Source: an uncultured Gemmatimonadales bacterium (lineage in GTDB: Bacteria > Gemmatimonadota > Gemmatimonadetes > Gemmatimonadales > GWC2-71-9). From it: a DNA stretch of 64,000 bases. The notes under the pieces were generated by a model, which searched no databases, was not told the DNA's origin, and was given only the letters and a program-made list of their open reading frames with translations. Each line of letters begins with the position of its first letter. The first letter of the stretch is position 1. The stretch covers positions 864,001 through 928,000 of the forward strand of contig CAVZZO010000001.1 of NCBI GenBank assembly GCA_963779755.1. Reading direction: 5' to 3'. Both the position numbers and the translations under genes were made by a program. Shown one piece after another: positions 9,105 through 17,343 of the stretch.

Positions 9105-10141
9105 GCCTTCGCCTCTCCCTTTCCCGCGCCCGCCGGAGCCTGAACCGCGACGGGCGCGCCGCCCTGCTCGAGCGAATCCTCGATCGCAAAGCAGACGTCC
9201 AGCGTCTGGAAGACATCGGTCTCAGTGACGGGCGGCTCGGTACCGCGATGCAGGGCATCCACGAAGTCGCGGGCCAGCTCGGTCTTGTGGACGCCGGGAT
9301 AGGCGGCGGTGACCGGCCGGCCTACGGCCTGCCCCTCCCGCCGCTCGATGAGCGTACCTTCCGCCGGGCCGTTCACGAAGGTGGCCCGGGTACCATAGAC
9401 GGTGAGGCCGTGGAAGTGGGGATGGACGCATCCCATATTGGCCGTCACCTTGCCGATCATGCCGCTCTCGAACCGGAGCAGTGCCGCGACATAATCGGGA
9501 TAGTGGAACGCCGAATCCCGCGTCGCGATCCGGTTGCCGAAGGCGGTTACTTCCGTCACCCGGTCGCCCGTGAGCCAGAGGAGCAGGTCGACCAGGTGCA
9601 CCGCGCCGCCCAGCACGACGGAGTACCAGGGCAGCCGCCCGCGCCAGCCGTCGGTCAGCTTGTGCAGCCGGCCGTAGTTGTACTCGCCGTCGGCCGCGAA
9701 CAGCTGGCCCAGCGTGCCGCCGGCGATTTCCTCCCGCAGCCAGCGGAACCGGGGGGCGCACCGGAGGATCAGGTTGCTGCAGAGCCGCTGGCCCGGATGC
9801 CGGGCCAGCGCCGCGCGGATATCCTCGGCCTCCGCCCGGCTCTGGCAGAGCGGCTTCTCCACGAAGACGTGCTTACCCTGTTCCAGCGCCCGGACGACCT
9901 GGTCGTGATGGGCGTCGTCCCAGCTGGCCACGGAAACGAGGTCGATGCCGGGATCGTCCAGCAGGTCTTCCGCCCGGGTGGTGCGGCGCGCATCCGGGTA
10001 CTTCTCGCCCACCTCCCGCAGAACCCGGGGCGACTGGTCGCAGATCGCGACCAGCCTGGAGTGGGGGCTTCCGGCGTAGGCCTCCGCATGCCGGGCGCCC
10101 ACGCCCAGGCCGATGACCGCGGCCCGGATCGGCGCGTTCAT
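9101..10141 (-). CDS. Gfo/Idh/MocA family oxidoreductase
   Basis: AAVIGLGVG, GKHVFVEKPL, GAVHLVD; ATGA overlap. Confidence 0.9.
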   Translation of the reverse strand: MNAPIRAAVIGLGVGARHAEAYAGSPHSRLVAICDQSPRVLREVGEKYPDARRTTRAEDLLDDPGIDLVSVASWDDAHHDQVVRALEQGKHVFVEKPLCQSRAEAEDIRAALARHPGQRLCSNLILRCAPRFRWLREEIAGGTLGQLFAADGEYNYGRLHKLTDGWRGRLPWYSVVLGGAVHLVDLLLWLTGDRVTEVTAFGNRIATRDSAFHYPDYVAALLRFESGMIGKVTANMGCVHPHFHGLTVYGTRATFVNGPAEGTLIERREGQAVGRPVTAAYPGVHKTELARDFVDALHRGTEPPVTETDVFQTLDVCFAIEDSLEQGGAPVAVQAPAGAGKGEAKA

Positions 10142-10836
10142 CGCGCCACCATCCCGGCGGCGAGGGCCTCGTCCGCCAGGCTCAGGATCTCGCGCCACCC
10201 GTATTCCCAGTGGGGACGGGTCATCCGCTCCACCACCGCTTCGAACCGGGCCACATCCTCATCGGTGTCCACGGAGAGCTGCCGGGCCGAAAAGTCTCCC
10301 GGCGCGTGGAATTCGAGAACACGGTAGGGACGCCGGTAGAAGTAGCGGGTGACGTGTTCCCGGTCGGCCGGGTCGGTCATCAGGGGCAGGGCCTCGCGGA
10401 AGATGCTGGAGCCGAACACCTCGACCGACTGGCCCCGGGGGAAGCTGCGGTGCCGCACGTTGCTCACCGCCTCGGGCTGCTCGCTCCGGAAGAGGGTCAC
10501 CGCGTGGCTCACCAGCCGCTGGTCCAGCAGGGGCGCGTCGCCCGTCACCCGCACAAAGGCGTCGAAGCCGAAGCGGTCGACGACGTCGAGAAACCGCCGG
10601 GCCACGTCGTCCAGCGGCCCCCGGTGCCAGGGTATGCCCCGATCGCGGCAGAACTGCTCGATGGCGTCGTCGTCCGACTCGACCGAGGTGGCCACCACGA
10701 TGCCGTCCAGGTCGCGCGCGCGCCCCAGCCGTTCGAGCAGCCAGGCCAGCAGCGGCTGGCCGCGTACCTGATGCAGCACTTTTCCGGGGCGGCGGGTGGA
10801 GCTCATCCGCGCCTGGACGATGGCGCCGATCTTCAT
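10138..10836 (-). CDS. Cytidylyltransferase (SpsF/CMP-nonulosonate synthetase-like)
   Basis: IVQARMSSTRRPGKVL, VVATS, GPLDDVARRF, VRVTGDAPLLD, REHVT, LSVDTDED. Confidence 0.9.
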   Translation of the reverse strand: MKIGAIVQARMSSTRRPGKVLHQVRGQPLLAWLLERLGRARDLDGIVVATSVESDDDAIEQFCRDRGIPWHRGPLDDVARRFLDVVDRFGFDAFVRVTGDAPLLDQRLVSHAVTLFRSEQPEAVSNVRHRSFPRGQSVEVFGSSIFREALPLMTDPADREHVTRYFYRRPYRVLEFHAPGDFSARQLSVDTDEDVARFEAVVERMTRPHWEYGWREILSLADEALAAGMVAR

Positions 10837-12014
10837 CGTTTGCCTCCCGTGCCGCGGGCGTGCCGCGCGTGCTGCAGGGTGCGCCGGTACAGGCGCTCCA
10901 GGCTCGAGGTATAGTGCTCCACGGAAAAGCGTTGCCGCTCCTCGCGGCATCCCTGCCGCAGCTGTTCCAGGATCTGCGGCTCCTCCAGCAGGCGCCGGAG
11001 GGCACCGGCCAGCGCGCCGGCGTCGCCGGGAGGGACCAGCAGGCCGCTGCGACCCTCCCTCACCACCTCGGGCAATCCACCTTCGCGTGAGGCGACCACC
11101 GGAACCGCGGCGGCCACCCCTTCGATGGCCGAGTTGCCCAGGGCCTCTTCGATGGACGGCACGACACAGATGGTGCTGAGCGCCAGGTGAGTCACGACGT
11201 CGCGCTGGAAGCCGGCGAAGATCACCCGGTCGGAGACCCCCAGCGCGCGGGCCTGAGCGTCCAGTTCGTCGCGCAGCGGCCCGTCGCCCACCAGCAGCAG
11301 GCGCGCCTTCGGGAAGCGGTCGCTGATCCCGGCGAAGGCCGAAATCAGGAAGCGGATGCCCTTGGCGGGGTAGAAGCGGGTGATGGCGGTGATGACCGGG
11401 GTACCCTTCGGCAGGCCGTAGGCAGCGCGAAGCTTTGCGACCGCGTCGGGATCGGCGGGACGGAGCAGGTCGTCGGGTACCGGGTTGTGCAGGGTATGGA
11501 TCAGGGACGAAGGGAAGCCCATCTGCTGCATGGCGAAGCGGCGGGTGCTCTCCGAGTTGGCCACCACCGCGCTGGTATAACGAGCCAGACGACGGTAGGC
11601 GAACGCCACGTAGCTCGGATACCCGCGGCGCTGGTGCTCGCTGTGGTGGGAGCGCACATGGACCACGGCCGGAGTGCCCGTCAGGATGGCCGCCAGCCGC
11701 CCATAGGTGCAGGCGCCGAAATCCCACAGGTGCAGCAGATGAGGGCGGTGGCGGCGGATCAGTCGTACCAGGGCGAGGATCTGCAGGGGATTGAACCGAT
11801 GGTAGCCCAGGAACCGGACCGGGTTGCCTTCCGAGCGGACCGAGCGGCCCAGCGCCCCTTCCTTCTGCAGCACGACCGGGATGATCTGCACCCGGCTCGG
11901 GTCGAAGGCGGTGGCCATGGCGACCATCATGCGCCCGCTGCCGTGCAGCCGCTCGTCGTAGCCGATATGATCGCAGAGCAGCAGGACCCGCACCGGTTCC
12001 GCCGGCGCGCGCAT
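10833..12014 (-). CDS. Glycosyltransferase family 4 (alternative start at 12233)
   Basis: RFYPAKG, LVGDGPLR, FAGFQRD, PSIEEALGNSAIEG, VPVVASREGGLPE. Confidence 0.88.
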   Translation of the reverse strand: MRAPAEPVRVLLLCDHIGYDERLHGSGRMMVAMATAFDPSRVQIIPVVLQKEGALGRSVRSEGNPVRFLGYHRFNPLQILALVRLIRRHRPHLLHLWDFGACTYGRLAAILTGTPAVVHVRSHHSEHQRRGYPSYVAFAYRRLARYTSAVVANSESTRRFAMQQMGFPSSLIHTLHNPVPDDLLRPADPDAVAKLRAAYGLPKGTPVITAITRFYPAKGIRFLISAFAGISDRFPKARLLLVGDGPLRDELDAQARALGVSDRVIFAGFQRDVVTHLALSTICVVPSIEEALGNSAIEGVAAAVPVVASREGGLPEVVREGRSGLLVPPGDAGALAGALRRLLEEPQILEQLRQGCREERQRFSVEHYTSSLERLYRRTLQHARHARGTGGKR

Positions 12015-12416
12015 GGGCCGCTGCTCCGGGACGGCACGCGGGACGGCGGTGGGCGGAACGGCGGCGGTGGCAAGGGTCAGGGGCGATGGCACGGCGACCT
12101 GCAGCTGAGCGGAACTGTGGCGGCGACGGCTGGACGGCGACAGCGCGGGGAGGTGGGCAAGCAGATGGTGTGCCAACCCATGGCCGTGGCGGCCGTGACG
12201 CGGATGGTCAGGCAGCAGCACCTTGATGGTCATCTCCCCCCCGCCGAGATCGGGTCCACCTGTGGCAGTCGTGAGAGTCTGGTGTTGCACTCGTCCTGTG
12301 ACGAACGTCACCGGGGGGCGCCGGTTGCGGCGCCAGGATAGACTTATGCTACTGAGGCGGGGTACAACACACCGTGATGTGGGGCACGGGAGGGTGGGAA
12401 GGTGGAGGAGAGGAAA

Positions 12417-12466
12417 GAGAAAAGGACTGAGAGGAAGGCTTGCCCTTTCCTCTCAGTCCTTTTCTC
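12417..12466 (-). terminator. 20-bp perfect inverted repeat downstream of the desaturase (terminator/REP-like)
   Basis: GAGAAAAGGACTGAGAGGAA ... TTCCTCTCAGTCCTTTTCTC, just 3' of the desaturase stop. Confidence 0.6.
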
Positions 12467-12478
12467 TCAGTCCTGTCT

Positions 12479-13501
12479 TTATGCGCGGCGCGCGTGCCGG
12501 AAACCGACCAGTTTCCGCTCGCGCTCATCCCATAGCGCGAGGCTGATACAGCGCAGGCTCTGCCACCAGGTTATCCGGGTGACGCGGTGCAGTTCGGGGT
12601 TGCTGTCCAGCACTTCCTGCAGCCGGTAGTTGGGGATGCGGGCGTTGAGATGATGGATGTGGTGCAGCCCGATATTGCCGGTGAGCCACTGCAGCGGCCG
12701 CGGGAGATGATACCAGGAACTGCCTTCCAGCGCGGCCGCCTCGTACTGCCACTGGTCGTTGTGCTCCCAGTAGGTGGGCTCGAACTGATGCTGCACGTAG
12801 AAGAGCCACACGCCGATGGAGCAGGCCAGGACGGTATAGGGAGCCTGCACCAGCAGGAACTCGCGCCAGCCCACCAGCGTGCCGAGCAGCAGCACCACCG
12901 CGGCGAGTCCCAGGTTGGTGCCCATGATGCTCCAGCGCTCACGGGTCCAGCTTCGGGGGACGATGGTCGGCAGACGGTGCACCACCACGAAGTGCGCCAC
13001 GGCACCCACCCCGAAGAGCACAAGGGGATTGCGGTAGACCCGGTACTTGAACCGGCCCCAGGCGGAGAGCTTCCGGTATTCCTCGACCGTCAGCGTGTCG
13101 ATGTCGCCGAACCCGCGATGCTCCAGGTTGCCGCTGGTGGCATGGTGCATCGCGTGGGTCTTCTTCCAGTAGTGGTAGGGCGTCAGGGTAATGACCCCGA
13201 GGACCGATCCGACCAGGTCGGCGGCGCGGTTGGAACGGAAGAACGACCCGTGCCCGCAATCGTGCTGGATGATGAACAGCCGGATCATGAAGAAGGCGGT
13301 GGGCAGCGCCAGCGCCAGCGTGAGCCAGTAGGAAACCCGCAGGCTCAGGTACATCAGGGTCCAGGCCGCCACGAACAGGAGGGCGGTGCTGGCCAGCTGC
13401 CAGATGCTGCTCCGGAGACTCGGGTCCCGGTAGCGGGACAGGCGCGCGCTCAGGGGCTTGGTGCGGCTGACTGGCTCCAATGTGGCGGTATCCCCGCTCA
13501 T
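12479..13501 (-). CDS. Membrane fatty acid desaturase (Des-like)
   Basis: His boxes HDCGH, HAMHH, HHIHH, plus YVQHQFE. Confidence 0.93.
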   Translation of the reverse strand: MSGDTATLEPVSRTKPLSARLSRYRDPSLRSSIWQLASTALLFVAAWTLMYLSLRVSYWLTLALALPTAFFMIRLFIIQHDCGHGSFFRSNRAADLVGSVLGVITLTPYHYWKKTHAMHHATSGNLEHRGFGDIDTLTVEEYRKLSAWGRFKYRVYRNPLVLFGVGAVAHFVVVHRLPTIVPRSWTRERWSIMGTNLGLAAVVLLLGTLVGWREFLLVQAPYTVLACSIGVWLFYVQHQFEPTYWEHNDQWQYEAAALEGSSWYHLPRPLQWLTGNIGLHHIHHLNARIPNYRLQEVLDSNPELHRVTRITWWQSLRCISLALWDERERKLVGFRHARRA

Positions 13502-13569
13502 TCCGGCTCCTCGGTATGGGTCGATGCGAACACCGGAAAGATAGTCGACCGGTATGGGCTTCTCGACCC

Positions 13570-14187
13570 TCAGACAGGTTGGCCGGGTCCGGATGGGCGA
13601 AATCCCAGTACCTGGACCACCGCCGACTTCCCCCGGTGGTACGTCCCTTCGGCCACCTCGCGCTCCACCTCGCGGGCAATGGCGAGATCCAGGCCGGCCA
13701 GCTCTTCCCGCAGGGCCGGGAGAGTCATCAGCAGTTCAGCAACCGGCGGGCCACCGGTCCCGAACGTCAGCTGGCGCGGCGTATAGGCTTCCAGGACGAA
13801 GGCTCCGCCGGGGCGAAGCCCTTCCACCGCATGGCGATGTACCTGCCGCCGGAGGTCCGGCGGCAGGTGGGCGAAGATGGCCACGATACCCGCCCAGTGG
13901 TTCCGCTCGATGGCGAAATGCTCGAGATCGGCGACCTCTGTGTGAAGTCTGACTCCCCGGGCAGCCCCCAGTTCCCTGGCCCGGGCCATACCAACCGGTG
14001 ACTGATCGACCGCCGTCACTTCATGCCCCAACCGCGCCAGGAACACTGCATTGCGGCCCTGGCCCTCCGCCAGGCAGAGGACCGGACCGGCGGGAATCCG
14101 GTCCGCAACCGATGCGAGAAAGGCGTTCGGCTCGGTGCCGTAGGCATACTCCGGCGCCGCGTAGCGTTCGTCCCAGTGAGTAGGCAT
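13570..14187 (-). CDS. Class I SAM-dependent methyltransferase (TehB-like)
   Basis: WDERY...YGTEPN, LCLAEGQGRNAVFLA, LRPGG; start set at MPTHW. Confidence 0.85.
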   Translation of the reverse strand: MPTHWDERYAAPEYAYGTEPNAFLASVADRIPAGPVLCLAEGQGRNAVFLARLGHEVTAVDQSPVGMARARELGAARGVRLHTEVADLEHFAIERNHWAGIVAIFAHLPPDLRRQVHRHAVEGLRPGGAFVLEAYTPRQLTFGTGGPPVAELLMTLPALREELAGLDLAIAREVEREVAEGTYHRGKSAVVQVLGFRPSGPGQPV

Positions 14188-14286
14188 GTCCGAAATTGGT
14201 GAGTTCTCGATTCCCTCGACGCTATCGATCAACCCGTGCCTCCTTTCCGGTGAATATGGCGCCGCAACGGGGTTGCGCCAGACAGT

Positions 14287-14590
14287 CCCCCACCGCTCTC
14301 CCCACCACCCGTCGAGCCGCTCCGCCCTTCCTCTCCCCCGGTCGAGCCCCCCACACCCCTCCCCGCCCGGTCGAACCCTTCACCGCCGCCGCTCCCCGCG
14401 GTTGAAGGTCGAGCGGGCATTGCTCGAGCCGCTTGACCCGCGATGCGAGGTGGAGGCGGGGGCGCGGTTTGACCGGGGGATGGGCGGTGCGGGGCGGTTC
14501 GACCGGTGAGGTGCGGTTGGGAGGAGGGGCTCGACTGGTGGGGGGGAGGGAGTGAGGGGAGGGCTCCACCGGCGGCGGGGCGGAAGGGAA
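14287..14590. repeat. Long imperfect palindrome made of ~30-bp periodic units
   Basis: GTCGA/GTTGA cores at 14311, 14341, 14370 and 14401 with C-rich spacers; mirrored TTGAC/TCGAC/TCCAC cores at 14433, 14469, 14499, 14531 and 14565 with G-rich spacers. Confidence 0.7.
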
Positions 14591-14600
14591 GGGCCAACCG

Positions 14601-14629
14601 CAAAACCGCCCGGCAGCGGCCGGGCGGTT
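14601..14629 (-). terminator. Rho-independent terminator of the kamA operon
   Basis: Hairpin AACCGCCCGGC/GCCGGGCGGTT ending in a TTTT run on the minus strand, ~25 nt after the stop. Confidence 0.7.
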
Positions 14630-14653
14630 GTCCTGCACACCTTCGCAGCTCGA

Positions 14654-15820
14654 TCAGGCGGACTTCCGCTTCGCTGACTTCGATCGCTTCGACCGCTTCT
14701 TGAGCTCGAAGGTCGGCTGGAAGAGGTACTCGGGGTCGAGCCGCTCGGCGGCCACCCCCACCTCTTCCCGCGGCTGCCGGTAGGTATAGCGCTCGCCGCG
14801 GAAGTTCCGGAGTACCACCTCGTCCTCGTTATAGCTCTCCACGTATTCCGGCAACAGCGGGATCTTGCCGCCGCCGCCCGGGGCGTCGATGACGAAATAG
14901 GGGATGGCCAGCCCGCTGGTCCAGCCCCGCAGCGCTTTCATGATCTTGAGGCCTGTTTCCACCGAGGTGCGGAAGTGCTCCGCCCCGGCCACCTGGTCGG
15001 CCATATAGATGTAGTAGGGCCGGACCCGGGCCAGCAGCAGGCGGTGCATCAGCTCCATCATCACCTTGGGCGTGTCGTTGACGCCCTTGAGCAGCACCGT
15101 CTGGCAGCCCAGCGGGATGCCGGCATCGGCCAGCATGCCCAGGGCCTTCATCGCCGCCGGCGTCAGCTCGTCGGGGTGATTGAAATGGGTGTTGATGAAG
15201 AGCGGGTGGAACTCATGCAGCATGGCCGTGAGCTCCGGCGTCACCCGCTCCGGCAGATGGCAGGGCACCCGGCTTCCGATCCGCAGGATCTGGAGGTGCT
15301 TGATGCCCCGCAGCCGGGTGAGGATTTCCTTCAGCCGGCGGTCGGACAGCAGGAGCGGATCGCCGCCCGACATGATGACGTCGCGGATCTCGGTATGCGA
15401 TTCGAGATACTTGAAGGCCGACTCGAACTGCGACATCGGGATCTTTTCGGGGTCGCCCACTTTGCGCCGCCGGGTGCAGAAGCGGCAGTAGCTGGCGCAG
15501 ACCGGGGAGACCAGGAACAGCGCCCGGTCGGGATAGCGGTGGGTGATGTTGGGCACCGGGCTGTCGGCGTCTTCGCCCAGCGAGTCCACAATGCCGTCGA
15601 CCACCTCCAGCTCCTGTAACGTGGGGACGTACTGGCGCCAGATCGGGTCGCCCGGCTCCTTGATCAGATCCACCATCGCGGGCGAGATGCGGAACTCGAA
15701 GTTCTCGGCAGCCTGCCGCAGCTGGTCGATATGCTCGACATGCTCCGGCCCGAAGCGCTGTGCCAGCGCCTCCAGGCTGCGGATGGAGTTCTGCTTGAGC
15801 AGTTCTTGCCACGTCGCCAT
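14654..15820 (-). CDS. kamA: KamA-family radical SAM/PLP lysine 2,3-aminomutase
   Basis: THRYPDR, CASYCRFCTRRR, SGGDPL, THFNHP, QTVLLKGVND, PYYIYMAD, DAPGGGGK. Confidence 0.92.
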   Translation of the reverse strand: MATWQELLKQNSIRSLEALAQRFGPEHVEHIDQLRQAAENFEFRISPAMVDLIKEPGDPIWRQYVPTLQELEVVDGIVDSLGEDADSPVPNITHRYPDRALFLVSPVCASYCRFCTRRRKVGDPEKIPMSQFESAFKYLESHTEIRDVIMSGGDPLLLSDRRLKEILTRLRGIKHLQILRIGSRVPCHLPERVTPELTAMLHEFHPLFINTHFNHPDELTPAAMKALGMLADAGIPLGCQTVLLKGVNDTPKVMMELMHRLLLARVRPYYIYMADQVAGAEHFRTSVETGLKIMKALRGWTSGLAIPYFVIDAPGGGGKIPLLPEYVESYNEDEVVLRNFRGERYTYRQPREEVGVAAERLDPEYLFQPTFELKKRSKRSKSAKRKSA

Positions 15821-15823
15821 GAG

Positions 15824-16342
15824 CTACCTGCCTTGTGGACCGGCGGAAGAGGGACCGAGCGGCTTCGTATAGACGATCTGGTGATCGCCCGGGGCGTAGA
15901 AATCCGGAATCCGGGCCACGGCGGTGTAGCCGCAGGACCGGTAGAACGCCTGGGTGGGCGCGTAGAGGTCGCGTCCGCCCGTTTCCACCACGAGCATCCG
16001 CGCCCGGCCTGCCAGGCGGCGTTCCATCTGGGCGATGAGGGCGCGGCCCACCCCGGCACGCTGCGCGGCGGGATCCACCACGATCCAGTAGAGATCGTAG
16101 GTGCCCTCGGTGCAGGGCGTCGGCCCCCAGCAGATCCAGCCCGCCAGCGCGCCGTCGACCACGGCGCCCAGCGTCTCGTAATCCCGCTGCCCCGCCACCA
16201 GCGAGGCATCGAATACCTCCAGCGCCACCAGGACTTCCTCCTCGCGGAAGAAGCTGGTCGCCCGGACCATCCGTTCCACTGCGGGGCGATCGGCCGCGGT
16301 GAGCGGCCGCAACCCGGGCTTCAGTTCGGCGCGTGCGGTCAT
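15824..16342 (-). CDS. GNAT N-acetyltransferase
   Basis: YDLYWIVVDPAAQRAGVGRAL, FYRSCGY, DFYAPGD; ATGA overlap. Confidence 0.88.
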   Translation of the reverse strand: MTARAELKPGLRPLTAADRPAVERMVRATSFFREEEVLVALEVFDASLVAGQRDYETLGAVVDGALAGWICWGPTPCTEGTYDLYWIVVDPAAQRAGVGRALIAQMERRLAGRARMLVVETGGRDLYAPTQAFYRSCGYTAVARIPDFYAPGDHQIVYTKPLGPSSAGPQGR

Positions 16343-17343
16343 GCGCGGGGCTCCGTCAGGGTGGTGGCGGCCTGGCGCGAGGCGGCGCGGTCGAGCGTCT
16401 CCCGGATCACCTGCGCCAGCAGCTCCTCGTAATCCCAGCTCTCGGCCTGGGCCATTCGGGCCAGGCCGGCATCGACTGAAAGATCCGCGTTGGGATTTAC
16501 CTCGAGCACGAACGGCCGCCCCGCCTCGTCCACCCGCAGATCCACCCGGCCGTAACCCTCGCAATTCGTCAGCAATTCCCAGGCCCGCCGGGCCGCATCC
16601 GCAAGCCGGGCTTGGAGATCGGGGTCGATCCGCGCGGGGCAGATGGGAATGGTGCCGCGGTCTTCTTCGCTGCCCTCTTCCCACTTGGCGGAGTAGGTGA
16701 CGATGGGCCATCGGCTCGCCGGCATGGCGGCGAAATCGATTTCCGAGATGGGAAGCATCTTCCGGCCGACGAAGCCCACGTTGAATTCCCGCCCCGCCAC
16801 ATACTCCTGCACCAGCACGTCCTCCCACTGCTCGGCCATCCGGGCCACCCGGTCACGCAGCCCTTCGGCGGTGGTGCAGACCGCCCCCACGTCCACGCCC
16901 AGGCTGGCGTCTTCCGCCGCCGGCTTGACGATTGCCGGCAGGCCGACCCCGTCGGGAATGGTGTTGCCTCTCGCCAGTCCGAAGGGCGGGACCGGGATGT
17001 TTTCCGACTGAAGCAGGGCGTTCGCCACGTGTTTCCGGTGGCAGATCGCGGTGGCCCAGGCGCGGCAGCCGGTGAAGGGCACGCCGCACAGCTCCAGGGT
17101 GCCGACCACCCAGTCCTCGAACCGCGAATGGCCGTCCAGCCCCTCACAGAGGTTGAAGATCACGTCGGCCCTCCGGACGGCGGTGAGCCAGCGCCAGTCG
17201 CCCGGACGGATCGGCACCAGGGTGCAGGCGTGGCCCCGCCGGCGGAGGCAGGTCTGCACGATGCGGACGCTTTCCACCGCCGCGGCGATGTCGCGCTGAT
17301 CCCAGTGCACGCCGCCCGGATCGAACAGAATGGCGACCTTCAC
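16339..17343 (-). CDS. Ddl-like ATP-grasp ligase (second copy)
   Basis: FNLCEG, IVKPAAEDASLG, QEYVAGREFNV, TYSAKW, YGRVDLR, LEVNPN; GTGA overlap. Confidence 0.87.
   Translation of the reverse strand: MKVAILFDPGGVHWDQRDIAAAVESVRIVQTCLRRRGHACTLVPIRPGDWRWLTAVRRADVIFNLCEGLDGHSRFEDWVVGTLELCGVPFTGCRAWATAICHRKHVANALLQSENIPVPPFGLARGNTIPDGVGLPAIVKPAAEDASLGVDVGAVCTTAEGLRDRVARMAEQWEDVLVQEYVAGREFNVGFVGRKMLPISEIDFAAMPASRWPIVTYSAKWEEGSEEDRGTIPICPARIDPDLQARLADAARRAWELLTNCEGYGRVDLRVDEAGRPFVLEVNPNADLSVDAGLARMAQAESWDYEELLAQVIRETLDRAASRQAATTLTEPRA

Noticed and set aside
14287..14590. CRISPR array or integron attC array
   Set aside because: The conserved core is only ~10 nt, spacers are low-complexity, the arms are inverted, and no cas or integrase gene is present.
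14654..15820. EpmB (EF-P modification) or glutamate 2,3-aminomutase call
   Set aside because: It has the KamA-type DAPGGGGK and both lysine-binding aspartates, and no efp/epmA is adjacent.
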